Assembly: GCA_965215335.1 (NCBI GenBank)
Contig: CBDCDA010000001.1
Span: 1,408,001 to 1,472,000, forward strand
Length of the DNA stretch: 64,000 nucleotides
Reading direction: 5' to 3'
DNA from: an uncultured Candidatus Entotheonella sp.
GTDB lineage: Bacteria; Tectomicrobia; Entotheonellia; Entotheonellales; Entotheonellaceae
Shown: positions 7,685 through 17,231 of the stretch, in pieces
Position numbering within the stretch: position 1 is the first letter of the stretch
Layout of the letters: the number at the start of each line of letters is the position of its first letter
Notes under the pieces: model-generated
Seen by the model: only the letters and a program-made list of their open reading frames with translations
What the model was told of the DNA's origin: nothing
The model's database searches: none
Position numbers and translations under genes: made by a program

Positions 7685-8881
7685 TCAAAAGGCTGCTTGT
7701 GCGCCACGTTGAATTCCTGCTTCATCCACCGCAGTTTCACCGCACCATGACAGTTCGGCCAGCGCCGCAGTGTCCACAGGCGTCGGATTCCCCGAAAGCC
7801 TCGGGTATTGTTCCAGGTTCAGCGCCGCGTTCAGGTCACGATCCATGACCAGACCGCACGCCGTACATACGTACTCACGCTCCGACAACAACAGCACGTC
7901 CTTCACCGCGCCGCAGCCCGAACACCTCTTGCTCGACGGGAACCAACGATCGGCAACCGTCAAGGCTGTTGTCTCGATGCCTGCCGCTTTGTACGTCACC
8001 TGGCGGCGGAACTCGTGCAGGCCAACGTCGGCAATCGACCGCGACAGCTTGCGATTGCGCAGCATCCCCGACACGTTCAGGGCCTCGATCACCACGCGGC
8101 CATAGGCGCGCGTCAACAACGTCGTCAACTTGTGCAGCGCGTCTTGCCGCAGATTGGCAATGCGGACGTGCAGCCGCCCCACACGCAGGGCAGCCTTGCG
8201 CCGGTTGGCCGACCCCTTCATCTTGCCATGGAGGCTACGGTTCAACCGTCGCAACTTGTGCAGCGCGCCTTGCAGCGGCTTCGGATTGTCAAACACCCGA
8301 CCATCGCTCAACACCGCCAGATGGTTGACCCCGAGGTCCACACCCACCACGCCAGCTTGGGTTTCACGGCGTGATGGGAACATCTCGGTTGCAACCTGCA
8401 CGGACAAGAACCAACGGTCGGCAGTGCGGCTCACCGTGGCAGCGAGAATCTTGCCGTCGAAACGCAGGACTTCGCGCATCTTGACCCAACCCATCCGGGG
8501 CAAACGAACGCGCTTGCCGTCCAGCCTGAACTTGTCGTTGGAGACGTAAAAGGCATCTTTGCATTTGCCTTTCTTCTTGAACGTCGGGTACTTCGCCGCT
8601 TTCTTGAAGAAGCGCTGGAAGGCATCGTGCAGAGCGGCGAAGGGTTGCAGGTTGGCGTCCTTCGGCGACTCGTAGAGCCACGGGAACTGCTCGCCCTTGA
8701 TCGCGCCCCACTGCTTCTTGAGCTTGGCGGCAGTCAGCTTGTCGCCCGCCTTGTACTGGGCTTTCCACTCGGCCAGCGCCCAGTTCCAGGCGAAGCGGGC
8801 GCACCCTGACGCCCGGGCGAATTGCTGTTTCTGCTTGCCGTTCGCCTCCAGCGCGATCTTATGGGCGCGTATCACTCTCAA
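7685..8881 (-). CDS. tnpB: RNA-guided endonuclease TnpB (IS200/IS605/IS607 type), no tnpA
   Basis: N-terminal HTH region AHKIAL...GCARFAWNWAL; RuvC motifs GVDLG, VVIEALN, DRDLNAA; Zn finger CSGCG...CTACG. A 3' hairpin GCGCACAAG/CTTGTGCGC lies at 7673-7704. Confidence 0.93.
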   Translation of the reverse strand: MRVIRAHKIALEANGKQKQQFARASGCARFAWNWALAEWKAQYKAGDKLTAAKLKKQWGAIKGEQFPWLYESPKDANLQPFAALHDAFQRFFKKAAKYPTFKKKGKCKDAFYVSNDKFRLDGKRVRLPRMGWVKMREVLRFDGKILAATVSRTADRWFLSVQVATEMFPSRRETQAGVVGVDLGVNHLAVLSDGRVFDNPKPLQGALHKLRRLNRSLHGKMKGSANRRKAALRVGRLHVRIANLRQDALHKLTTLLTRAYGRVVIEALNVSGMLRNRKLSRSIADVGLHEFRRQVTYKAAGIETTALTVADRWFPSSKRCSGCGAVKDVLLLSEREYVCTACGLVMDRDLNAALNLEQYPRLSGNPTPVDTAALAELSWCGETAVDEAGIQRGAQAAF

Positions 8882-8924
8882 GTGTCTAGACTATGCTCCT
8901 TGTTGTATGCCGGTTTGCACACGC

Positions 8925-9650
8925 TCACTCATCCCCCTCGTCCGCCGCGTCGAACAACGGCCCGCGCCACTCCGGCCCGGCGCCGTAATGAGCGCGGGCT
9001 TCGGCGAGCGTCGCCACCTTGTCCAGACCCCGGTCGCGGAACAGGCCTTGCTCGACTTCCAGAAAGCCGCGCAACAGCCGCGCCGCGCCGCGATAGAAGG
9101 CCGCCTGCGGCGCCTGTTCGATATCGCCCGCGCAGCTTGGCGCCCAGACCAGCAGATGCTCCTTGAGACACGCGGCTTGCAGGCGCAGCCAGCGGTCCGC
9201 GTCGTCGGGCGCCGCCGCCTGTTTGTCGATCAGCCAGCGCATGACGTCCAGCTCGAACGCCAGCACGTCCTCGGGATCGGTAAAGCCCTGCGCCGGTTTC
9301 TCGACGCCGAGCTGCCTGAGAAAACGGCGCCACGCCTTCAGGGGCTCTGTGAAGAACTGCCCGGTCAGGTAATACGAGGCATAGGGCCGGATTACCCTGA
9401 CGAACGGCTCCAGAAACAGTTGGCCGAACTCCGCCGCCACCTCGCCGGGCGGGTGCTCGGCAAGGTAGTCGTCAATGATCCGCCAGCCGCTGCCCATCAG
9501 GGGGTGTACCGCCGCTGCGGCCTCGGTGCGCGGCAGCATGTCGTCCCGCAGGGCAGCGATAAACGCCGCCTCCGGTTCCTTCCACAACAGTTGCACGAAC
9601 AGGCGGTAATACGTCTGCCGAAACTGGACGAAATCGCGGTCCTGAAGCAT
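8925..9650 (-). CDS. TorD/DmsD family molybdoenzyme chaperone
   Basis: EFGQLF...PYASYY...PEDVLAFEL...EHLLVWAP...FY motifs; located in the FDH cluster. Confidence 0.88.
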   Translation of the reverse strand: MLQDRDFVQFRQTYYRLFVQLLWKEPEAAFIAALRDDMLPRTEAAAAVHPLMGSGWRIIDDYLAEHPPGEVAAEFGQLFLEPFVRVIRPYASYYLTGQFFTEPLKAWRRFLRQLGVEKPAQGFTDPEDVLAFELDVMRWLIDKQAAAPDDADRWLRLQAACLKEHLLVWAPSCAGDIEQAPQAAFYRGAARLLRGFLEVEQGLFRDRGLDKVATLAEARAHYGAGPEWRGPLFDAADEGDE

Positions 9651-9662
9651 GCCCGCCTCCGC

Positions 9663-10100
9663 TCACAGTTCTTCCAGGCTGCCGGACTCTTCCTCGAACA
9701 GACGATCCAGTGCCTGGTCTACGAACGTCCTGTAGGACATACTATCCTCTACCGGCGCGTCGCCGCGCTGCCGCCGGGCGGTCATCTCCTCGTCGAGCGC
9801 CCCGCCCACGGCGGTCTCGATGCGTTCCAGAAGCGGTGTCTCGGAGGCAGCGACGGCCACCACCTGCGCGTCCCACCAGCGTTCCCAGACGTCCTGGTAG
9901 GGTCCCAGACCCGGAAACCGCCCCGCCGCGCGGACGGCCTGCTCGGCTGCCATCCTTTTGCCAGCAAGCGTTGACGTCTGCATGTCCATCACCTGCCGCC
10001 ATTTGTGCAGCGCCAGATGGCGCTTGTAGGCGTCGAGGGCGACATCCATGAATTCCTTGCCCTGCTTTCTGCCACGCCCGCGTTTATTCCTGTCGCGCAT
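9663..10100 (-). CDS. Hypothetical protein in FDH maturation cluster (start may be 10049)
   Basis: Co-oriented ORF filling the gap between fdhD and the TorD-like gene. Confidence 0.6.
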   Translation of the reverse strand: MRDRNKRGRGRKQGKEFMDVALDAYKRHLALHKWRQVMDMQTSTLAGKRMAAEQAVRAAGRFPGLGPYQDVWERWWDAQVVAVAASETPLLERIETAVGGALDEEMTARRQRGDAPVEDSMSYRTFVDQALDRLFEEESGSLEEL

Positions 10101-10908
10101 GCGTCAGTCCCCCCGACACCGCAACGGCTTCCGCTTCCGCCCCAGCGGCGGGCGGCTGGTGCAGCAGGCGTTCGGGGTGTGTGTAGACGTTGAAGCTGTT
10201 GCGCCGCACGTAGCCGATGACCGTAACCCCGAGCCGTTTGGCGGCCTCGATGGACAGCGTCGTCGGCGAGGTGCGCGAGATCAAAAAGGGCGTTCCCATG
10301 TGGGCGCCCTTGCGCAGCATCTCCGACGAAATGCGCCCGGTGGTCAGGAGAATCCGGCCCTGCGTGGGAATGCCCAGGGTCAACGCCTCGCCGAGAATCT
10401 TGTCGAGCGCGTTGTGACGCCCCACGTCTTCCGCCAGCAGCAAAACCCGCTCGCCGTCGCTCAGGGCAGCGGCGTGAATGCCGCGCGACGCCCGGTACAT
10501 GTCGGCGCCGTCGAACAGCTGCCGCATGAGGGGAAAGACGTCATCCGGCACCAGACTCAAATCGCTGCGCAGCGGCGGGTAATGCGACGTCCCGATGCTG
10601 AACGTCAATCCCATGCCGCAACCGGACGTGAAGACCCGTTTCTTGGGCTGCGCCACGACGGTAGCCAGTTCGACCGCCACCGCGCCGTTGTCGGCGTCGA
10701 CGTCCAAGGCACGGACAGCGCCCAGGTCGCTAATAATGCCCTCGAAATACAGGAAGCCGAGCACCAGATAATCCAGCTTCACCGGTGTACACAGGAAGGT
10801 CGCCAATTCGACGCCGTTGACGATGATGGTGAGTGGCTGCTCGCGCACCACCGGCTTTTCGAACTGCGCAAAAGCGCCGTTTTCGTAGCGGTAGACGTAC
10901 GGCATCAC
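10084..10908 (-). CDS. fdhD: Formate dehydrogenase accessory sulfurtransferase
   Basis: E.PLTI.VNG, GFLYFEG, TSGCG, GIHAAAL, EDVGRHNALDK, TGRISSEM. Confidence 0.95.
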   Translation of the reverse strand: MMPYVYRYENGAFAQFEKPVVREQPLTIIVNGVELATFLCTPVKLDYLVLGFLYFEGIISDLGAVRALDVDADNGAVAVELATVVAQPKKRVFTSGCGMGLTFSIGTSHYPPLRSDLSLVPDDVFPLMRQLFDGADMYRASRGIHAAALSDGERVLLLAEDVGRHNALDKILGEALTLGIPTQGRILLTTGRISSEMLRKGAHMGTPFLISRTSPTTLSIEAAKRLGVTVIGYVRRNSFNVYTHPERLLHQPPAAGAEAEAVAVSGGLTHARQE

Positions 10909-10942
10909 CCGCGCCCTTCCACAACACCTTCATCACGCCGCA

Positions 10943-12892
10943 TCAGGGCTCCCAACCCTGTTCGACTTCCTTCATGGCGGCCACCGCACGACAGTCGGGA
11001 CACATTCTCAACAGATTCCGGCGCTCGCCGCCGAATGCGTCCGCAAGAGGTCCGAGCTGCAGCACCTTCGCCAGAATAGCGTCCAAGGATTTCTGATTGA
11101 CGAACGGAGTGCCGCATTGCAGGCAGGCGACCATGTCGTCGCGCACAACGGTGCGGTAATCGAGTGCCGCGTGCGCAAATACCACCTCGTGCCGCAGGCT
11201 GATGACGTGCTCCGGGCATACCGTCTCGCAAAGCCCGCAGGCCACGCAGGCGAAGTGGTTGAACTGCAGGGCGGAGGTCGGCTCGTCAAGCCGGAAGGCG
11301 TGCACCGGGCAAACGTTGACGCACGCGCGGCACAGCGTGCAGCCTGCCGATTCAACATCGGCCACGGCGAACGGCAGCGCGGCGTCAACGAGTTGTCGAC
11401 CAGGCTCGCGCTGGCATTGCTGGATGAACGTGCCGACGATTTCCGTCAGCGCCTGCCGATTGCCGGTGACGCGCCAGGGTTTCGACCCATCCCAGTGGAT
11501 GGGCGCCGGGGGCAGGGATTCGGCGAAACACGTCAGGTCGGCGATGGTTTCAGCCTCGTCACCGTCCTTGGTTACGAATAGCCGCAGCCGTTCCGGGCCC
11601 AGTTCAAACGCCTCCAGCGTCAAGCAGCAGAACGCCAGCGTGCGTTCCAGCAAGGCGCGCTCGCCGTGCGGGCACATGGCGCAGCCGAGCAGTCCCACCC
11701 CCGCGGCGCCGAGCCGCAAGGCGCCCAGGACGGTTGCCGCGGAGACGTACCGCAGACACGGCACCTGCACGCCGAGCACCCTGGCCGGGTACGGCAACGG
11801 CCGCCGTCCCGCTTCCTCGATGAGCCGGCCGCCCTGTTCGCTGCAATAAAAGACCACCACCTGATCCGCGTTGCCGTTGTCCGGGCGCGGCGTCAGCAGC
11901 GCCGCGAGTTGCGCGTACAACGCCTGCGGCGACGGCTCGGTGAACCGCAGGGCTGACGTCGGACAAGCCGAACTGCAGGCGCCGCATCCTTCGCAGGCCA
12001 GATGGTCCACCTCGATGCGCAGCGGGTTCGTCCTGTCGCGCCGGATCGCCTCGTACGGACAGGCCGGGATGCACGCTCCGCAGGCTTGCTGGCCCGCTGC
12101 GCCGCCGGCGCAGCTGTCGGTATCATACGCCACGTGTACGGTCTTCAGGAAGTCGCCGGTCAGGTCATTGATGCGCGCAGCGAGCTGGTCGAGGTCAGCC
12201 GCATCGGCACGGCCGAGGACATGGTGACCGGTGCGCGTGGGGCACGCTGGCGGGTCGGCGGCGAGCGTCACCACCTGATCGACCACGAGCTCCTGCTGTT
12301 CGGCGGCGTCGGACAAGTCGATAAGGGCGTGGAAATCTCCCAACCGGCCGGACACTTCGAGCAATTCGCCTCGATAAACTCGCCAGGACGGCAGCACGTC
12401 AACGGCAGGCGCATGCGGACTCAGCACAAGAATTGGTTGGCAGGCATTGCTCAGTTGCCCTGCGAGGTTCCCGGCCAACGGTTCGTCGGCAACGATGAGA
12501 ACGCGCCCATCGCTCCGCAGCGGCAGGTAGCGGGGTTCCGTCTGTGCTTCCGCCGCCTGCTGCGCGGCGCGCAGCAGGCGACCGGCCTTGTCGTGCGCTT
12601 GCTGCGGGTCGGCATGAACCGCGAAACAGGACGTGTCGAGATCGACGAATTGGATTTTGGGGCTCGGGCCGATGGAAGGCCTGAGGGCATCTTCAAAGCG
12701 GGCAGGTGACTCGCAGCAGGTGATCAAGGCATGTGTGCAGCGCTCGCGGTGAACAAGGTCCGCGAAATCCTGCAAGGCGCTGTCGGGATGGGTGGCGAAC
12801 CGAACGTGGGGGGTCGGAAGGTCGAGCCGCTGGGGGTCAAGCGCCAGCGTGCGTCGGCAGTCACAGAGGAGGATACCCCACTTTGCCGTCAT
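10943..12892 (-). CDS. Polyferredoxin (multiple 4Fe-4S) with MvhD/FlpD-like domain
   Basis: Four CxxCxxCxxxCP-type motifs; FYC...VPC...GC..C segment; likely start MTAKWG after GGGGAA. Confidence 0.85.
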   Translation of the reverse strand: MTAKWGILLCDCRRTLALDPQRLDLPTPHVRFATHPDSALQDFADLVHRERCTHALITCCESPARFEDALRPSIGPSPKIQFVDLDTSCFAVHADPQQAHDKAGRLLRAAQQAAEAQTEPRYLPLRSDGRVLIVADEPLAGNLAGQLSNACQPILVLSPHAPAVDVLPSWRVYRGELLEVSGRLGDFHALIDLSDAAEQQELVVDQVVTLAADPPACPTRTGHHVLGRADAADLDQLAARINDLTGDFLKTVHVAYDTDSCAGGAAGQQACGACIPACPYEAIRRDRTNPLRIEVDHLACEGCGACSSACPTSALRFTEPSPQALYAQLAALLTPRPDNGNADQVVVFYCSEQGGRLIEEAGRRPLPYPARVLGVQVPCLRYVSAATVLGALRLGAAGVGLLGCAMCPHGERALLERTLAFCCLTLEAFELGPERLRLFVTKDGDEAETIADLTCFAESLPPAPIHWDGSKPWRVTGNRQALTEIVGTFIQQCQREPGRQLVDAALPFAVADVESAGCTLCRACVNVCPVHAFRLDEPTSALQFNHFACVACGLCETVCPEHVISLRHEVVFAHAALDYRTVVRDDMVACLQCGTPFVNQKSLDAILAKVLQLGPLADAFGGERRNLLRMCPDCRAVAAMKEVEQGWEP

Positions 12893-13021
12893 GTCGTGTT
12901 CCCCGCCCCGCTCTCTCCATACCGCCCGGCTGATGGTTTGGAAAAGGGTCGCATCAGATGAGGCGGCACCCCCGAAGAGGGTGCCAATGTAGAGCAGCCC
13001 TGGCGGCCCTGTCAACCCCTA

Positions 13022-13864
13022 GGTTCAGGACTCATATCCAGAAGATGACCGTGGCAGCAAGGCAGATGGCACTGAAAAAGGTGTGCGCACACCGGTCATA
13101 GCGCGTGGCGATGCGACGCCAATCCTTGAGACGACCGAACAGGCGCTCGATGAGATTACGGCTCTTGTAAAGCTCCGTGTCGTAGACAATCGGCTCTTTA
13201 CGATTGGCACGGCCTGGAATACAGGGCTTGATCTTGCGCTCGGCAAGCGCCTTGCGCAGCCGGTTGCTGTCATAACCCTTGTCGGCAATCAGCACGTCGG
13301 CCTCCGGCAATGCGGGCAGCGCCATGTCTGCCCCGCGATAGTCGCTGACCTGGCCCGCAGTCAACACCATGACGACGGGCTTGCCGTCGCCGTCGCAGAC
13401 GGCGTGAAGTTTCGAGTTGAGGCCGCCTCGGGTACGCCCGATATGACGCGGAAAAGCCCCCCCTCAAGCAGGCTGGCAGCGGTGCGATGCGCCTTGAGAT
13501 GCGTGCTGTCGATCATGACGGTCTCGGTGGCCGTGCTGTCGGCGGCCAAGGTTTGGAAGATGCGGTCGAAGACACCGGCCTTGCTCCAGCGCACGAAGCG
13601 GTTGTAGAGCGTCTTGTGGGGACCGTAGCAGGCGGGCGCGTGGCGCCACATCAGACCGTATCGAATGACGTGGATGATGCCGCTGATGACTTTTCGGTCA
13701 TCGACGCGTGGGACCCCCCGCACCTTGTTGGGTAGCAGGGGTTTCAGGCGGGCAAACTGCACGTCGGATAGCCAGAAGCAGTGATCGGGCATGATGAACC
13801 TCCTTATGAAGTCAGGGTCTTGAATCCTACATGACCAATGATGCCCTTTTATAGGTCCTGAGCC
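13022..13864 (-). mobile_element. IS5 family insertion sequence, copy 2 (inverted relative to copy 1)
   Basis: Same IRs, 843 bp, TA duplication. ORF B protein is identical to copy 1; a few SNPs elsewhere (e.g. PTKV versus PNKV). Confidence 0.93.
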
Positions 13865-13897
13865 TAAACACCACACGACGTCAAGCCGGTCGAGTGC

Positions 13898-15283
13898 CTA
13901 CGATAAATCACCGACCAGGGCGCGGAAATGGTTGCCGCGAGCTTCGTAGTGAGGGAATTGGTCGTAGCTCGCGCAGGCGGGGGAGAGAAGAACCACGTCG
14001 CCGGGCCGGGCGAGAACGGCGGCGCGGTGCAGGGCGGCTCCCAGGGTGGGGAGTTGGATGATGTCGGGCGGTGCGAGCACTTGCCCGAGGGCGGCGGCAA
14101 GCCTGGGGGCGGTGTTGCCGTACAGGAGGGCGACCCGGACACAGGACTGCATGACGCGGGCGAGGTCATCGAACGGGGCGCCTTTGTCGTAACCGCCGGC
14201 GAGCAGCAGGACCGGCTGTTCGAACGCCTGCAGGGCGCACTGGGTGGAAAACGGCGTGGTGGCTTTGGAGTCGTTGTAGTAGGCGACGCCGCCCTTGTCG
14301 GCGATCCATTCCAGTCGATGCGGCAGGCCGGTAAAGGCTTGCAGGCCGCGGGCAATGGTGGCAGGGGGCACGTCCAGCGCGGCGGCGGCGGCGGCAGCGG
14401 CGGCGGCGTTGCCGAGGTTGTGCAGGCCGCGCAGGCGCAGGTCGGAGTCGTGACAGAGCACGCGGTGCTCGCGCTCCGAAGCCAGCACCAGGGCGCTGCC
14501 GTCGCGGCAGACGCCGGCTTCCAGAGGCTCATGGACACTATAGAACAGGCGGCGGCCCCGGCCGCGGGCCGCCATCGCTCGGATCGTGGGATCGTCCCAG
14601 TTGAGGACGGCCACGTCGTCCGGCGTCTGGTGGGCGAGGATGACCTCCTTGGCCGCCTGGTAGGCCACCATGGTGCCGTGGCGGTCGAGATGATTGGGGG
14701 CCAGATTGAGTACCACGGCCAAGGGCGGGCTGTATCCGAGCCAGTCGAGGTGCTCCAGTTGAAAGCTGGAGATTTCCAGCACCACCGGGGTGTCGGGATC
14801 GATATCGGGAAGTCGGGACAGCAGCGAGCCGCCGATGTTGCCGCCGACCAGGGTGCGGGCGTCGTGGGTTTGCAGGATGCTGCCCAGCAGCGACGTGGTG
14901 GTGGTTTTGCCGACGCTGCCGGTGATGCCGACGATATTCCCGGCGCACTGGCGCACGAACAGGTTCAGCTCGCTGTCCAGCGGCACTGCGTGCGACCGTG
15001 CCAGTTGCAGGTACGGCGAGGTGAGCGGCACCGCGGGATTGACGAACACGCGGTCGGTGTTGGTGAAATCGTCCTCGCGGTGTTCGCCCAGTACGAAGCG
15101 GATGGGCAGGCCCTGCAGTGCCGCCAGGGCGTCCTGCAGGGTGGCGGCGTCCTTCAGGTCGGTCACCGTCACCGAGGCACCTTGCTCGGCGAGATAACGG
15201 GCCAGGCCGGCCCCGCCGCCGAACGAACCGAGGCCCATGACGGTTACACGGCAGCCCTTCCAGTCGGTTGGCGATGACGGCAT
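13898..15283 (-). CDS. murD: UDP-N-acetylmuramoyl-L-alanine--D-glutamate ligase
   Basis: GITGSVGKTTT, GGNIG, LEISSFQL, NHLDRH, HRLE, NDSKAT, LSPACASYDQF. Confidence 0.95.
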   Translation of the reverse strand: MPSSPTDWKGCRVTVMGLGSFGGGAGLARYLAEQGASVTVTDLKDAATLQDALAALQGLPIRFVLGEHREDDFTNTDRVFVNPAVPLTSPYLQLARSHAVPLDSELNLFVRQCAGNIVGITGSVGKTTTTSLLGSILQTHDARTLVGGNIGGSLLSRLPDIDPDTPVVLEISSFQLEHLDWLGYSPPLAVVLNLAPNHLDRHGTMVAYQAAKEVILAHQTPDDVAVLNWDDPTIRAMAARGRGRRLFYSVHEPLEAGVCRDGSALVLASEREHRVLCHDSDLRLRGLHNLGNAAAAAAAAAALDVPPATIARGLQAFTGLPHRLEWIADKGGVAYYNDSKATTPFSTQCALQAFEQPVLLLAGGYDKGAPFDDLARVMQSCVRVALLYGNTAPRLAAALGQVLAPPDIIQLPTLGAALHRAAVLARPGDVVLLSPACASYDQFPHYEARGNHFRALVGDLS

Positions 15284-15296
15284 GTTCGGAACGTCC

Positions 15297-16493
15297 TCAT
15301 GGTCCGGCGGGAGTCACATCCAGGGCTTCGAGCAGCGCCAGTGCCTGCACGGTGGCTCCCACGTCATGCACGCGAACCAGAGTTGCGCCTCGCTGCGCCG
15401 CCCACAACGCGCTGGCAAGGCTGCCTCCGAGCCGGTCGTCGACCGGACATTGCAGCACGCGCCCCAGGAACGATTTGCGCGACGTGCCGACCAGCAACGG
15501 CTGTCCCAAGGCCTCCAGATGGTTCAAGCCGCGCAGCAGTTCCAGGTTATGCGTAACTGTCTTGCCGAAACCGAAACCGGGGTCCAGCACGATGCGTTGC
15601 CGCTCGATGCCGGCCTGCACGGCGTCGTGCAGACGCTCGCGCAGGAATCCGCAGATGTCGTCGATTACATGGTAGTACGCCGGCGCCTGCTGCATGGTCC
15701 GGGGCGTCCCCTGCATGTGCATGAGAACCACCGCCGCGCCGCGTTCGGCGAGCAGCGGTGCCATGCCCGGGTCGAAGCGCAAGGCGCTGATGTCATTCAC
15801 CATGATCGCGCCGGCGTCCAGTGCGGCAGCGGCGACGTCGGCCCGGCAGGTATCGACCGACACCCGCGCGTTGTAGCGTTTAACGATCTCCCGTACCACC
15901 GGCACCACGCGCGCCTGCTCCACCACTGCTGACACCGGCTCCGAACCCGGACGCGATGACTGACCGCCGACGTCGATCAGGTCGGCGCCCTCCGCCAGCA
16001 TGGCCTCGGCACGCGCCAGCGCGCGTTCGGGCTCGCAGTACAGGCCGCCGTCGGAAAACGAATCCGGCGTTACGTTCAGAATGCCCATCACGCGGGTGCG
16101 TTGCGCCAGCGGCCATGTCGTCTGCCCCAGCACCAGGGCATGCGGGCCGTCCGCTTGCAAACAGCGCGCCCGTTCCAGCGCCTCCCCCACGGGCAGCAGC
16201 GCCGGCTGATTCCCGGCGGCCTCGCGCAACAAGCCGAGCAACGCCGCCGCGCCACCCCACAGGACGTCCACCGCGTCGCCGTCGCCGCGCGGCGCGGCGA
16301 CACACCATCCGTCCGGCACCTGGCATAGCCAGGCTTCCAGAACGGCGGCGACAGCTCGGGGAACGTCGATCAGTTTGCAGGCGAAACGCCTTGCGGACGG
16401 GACGGGTACGCCGTCAGGGAGCGGATGTCCCATGCGGGTCAGTTCATCGGCAATCGGGGTATCGGTATGTCGGGGCAGCAGGCGGGCCAGCAT
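15297..16493 (-). CDS. folP: Dihydropteroate synthase with N-terminal extension
   Basis: MGILNVTPDSFSDGG, DPGFGFGK, GTSRKSF, VRVHDV. Confidence 0.95.
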   Translation of the reverse strand: MLARLLPRHTDTPIADELTRMGHPLPDGVPVPSARRFACKLIDVPRAVAAVLEAWLCQVPDGWCVAAPRGDGDAVDVLWGGAAALLGLLREAAGNQPALLPVGEALERARCLQADGPHALVLGQTTWPLAQRTRVMGILNVTPDSFSDGGLYCEPERALARAEAMLAEGADLIDVGGQSSRPGSEPVSAVVEQARVVPVVREIVKRYNARVSVDTCRADVAAAALDAGAIMVNDISALRFDPGMAPLLAERGAAVVLMHMQGTPRTMQQAPAYYHVIDDICGFLRERLHDAVQAGIERQRIVLDPGFGFGKTVTHNLELLRGLNHLEALGQPLLVGTSRKSFLGRVLQCPVDDRLGGSLASALWAAQRGATLVRVHDVGATVQALALLEALDVTPAGP

Positions 16494-16562
16494 GGGGGTT
16501 CTTTCTCATCAGCGGCGCTCGGCTCATCACTCGCTTCGCTCGTGCTGTTCCATCTTATACGC

Positions 16563-16943
16563 TCACTGGCGCTCGCCGTGGGCTTCCAGCACGACCTCAC
16601 GCGCCCGCACAGCCTGCTTGAACAGCGTGGCGTCGCCCACCACCTTGCCGATGACGTTGACGGCGCTGGCGGGCATGATCCTGCCGGGTTCGCTGACCGG
16701 CGTCAGCCCGAAAAAGATGCAGAACGCGCTGCCCGGCGGCCAGTATCCCAGGTCGCCGATTTCCACCACCTCTTGGGCGCTGTCGTCCAGCTCCGCGTCG
16801 ACCGAGATGGCAAAGTAGATTTCATCGCCCCAGGTGTTGAACGACGTGCGAATCGGCAGCGCCGCACCGATTTTCGCCGCGGTTGTCGTGTCGTTGAGCT
16901 CGGCCTCCAGGGCCACTTCTCCGACCGTGATCCTAATGCGCAT
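16563..16943 (-). CDS. Cyclophilin-like fold protein
   Basis: ALPI...WGDEIYF...GDLGYWPPGSAFCIFFG.TP. Confidence 0.8.
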   Translation of the reverse strand: MRIRITVGEVALEAELNDTTTAAKIGAALPIRTSFNTWGDEIYFAISVDAELDDSAQEVVEIGDLGYWPPGSAFCIFFGLTPVSEPGRIMPASAVNVIGKVVGDATLFKQAVRAREVVLEAHGERQ

Positions 16944-17229
16944 GATCGGCCTCGCTATGGGAAGCACCCGACAGAACCGCCAGACGCCGGTTGATCTCGC
17001 TCTTCAGCAGTTGCGTATGCAGGATGCCCAGCACCCAGGTAAGCAGGAGGATGCGCAGCGACAGCGCGCGGGTCCAAAGCATGAACACGTAGGGTGCCGC
17101 GTAGGCCACGGCGAGGGCGCCGTACAGCGGCACCCGCGTCAAAATGGCAGCGTGCAGCCAAGCCGCCCAATTCAAGCCGGGAATGAAGCTCCAGGTGAGC
17201 CACGACATCCGCATCATGGAAACTCGCAC
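16933..17229 (-). CDS. Hypothetical membrane protein
   Basis: Hydrophobic 98-aa ORF fitting tightly within the minus-strand operon. Confidence 0.5.
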   Translation of the reverse strand: MRVSMMRMSWLTWSFIPGLNWAAWLHAAILTRVPLYGALAVAYAAPYVFMLWTRALSLRILLLTWVLGILHTQLLKSEINRRLAVLSGASHSEADHAH

Positions 17230-17231
17230 CC

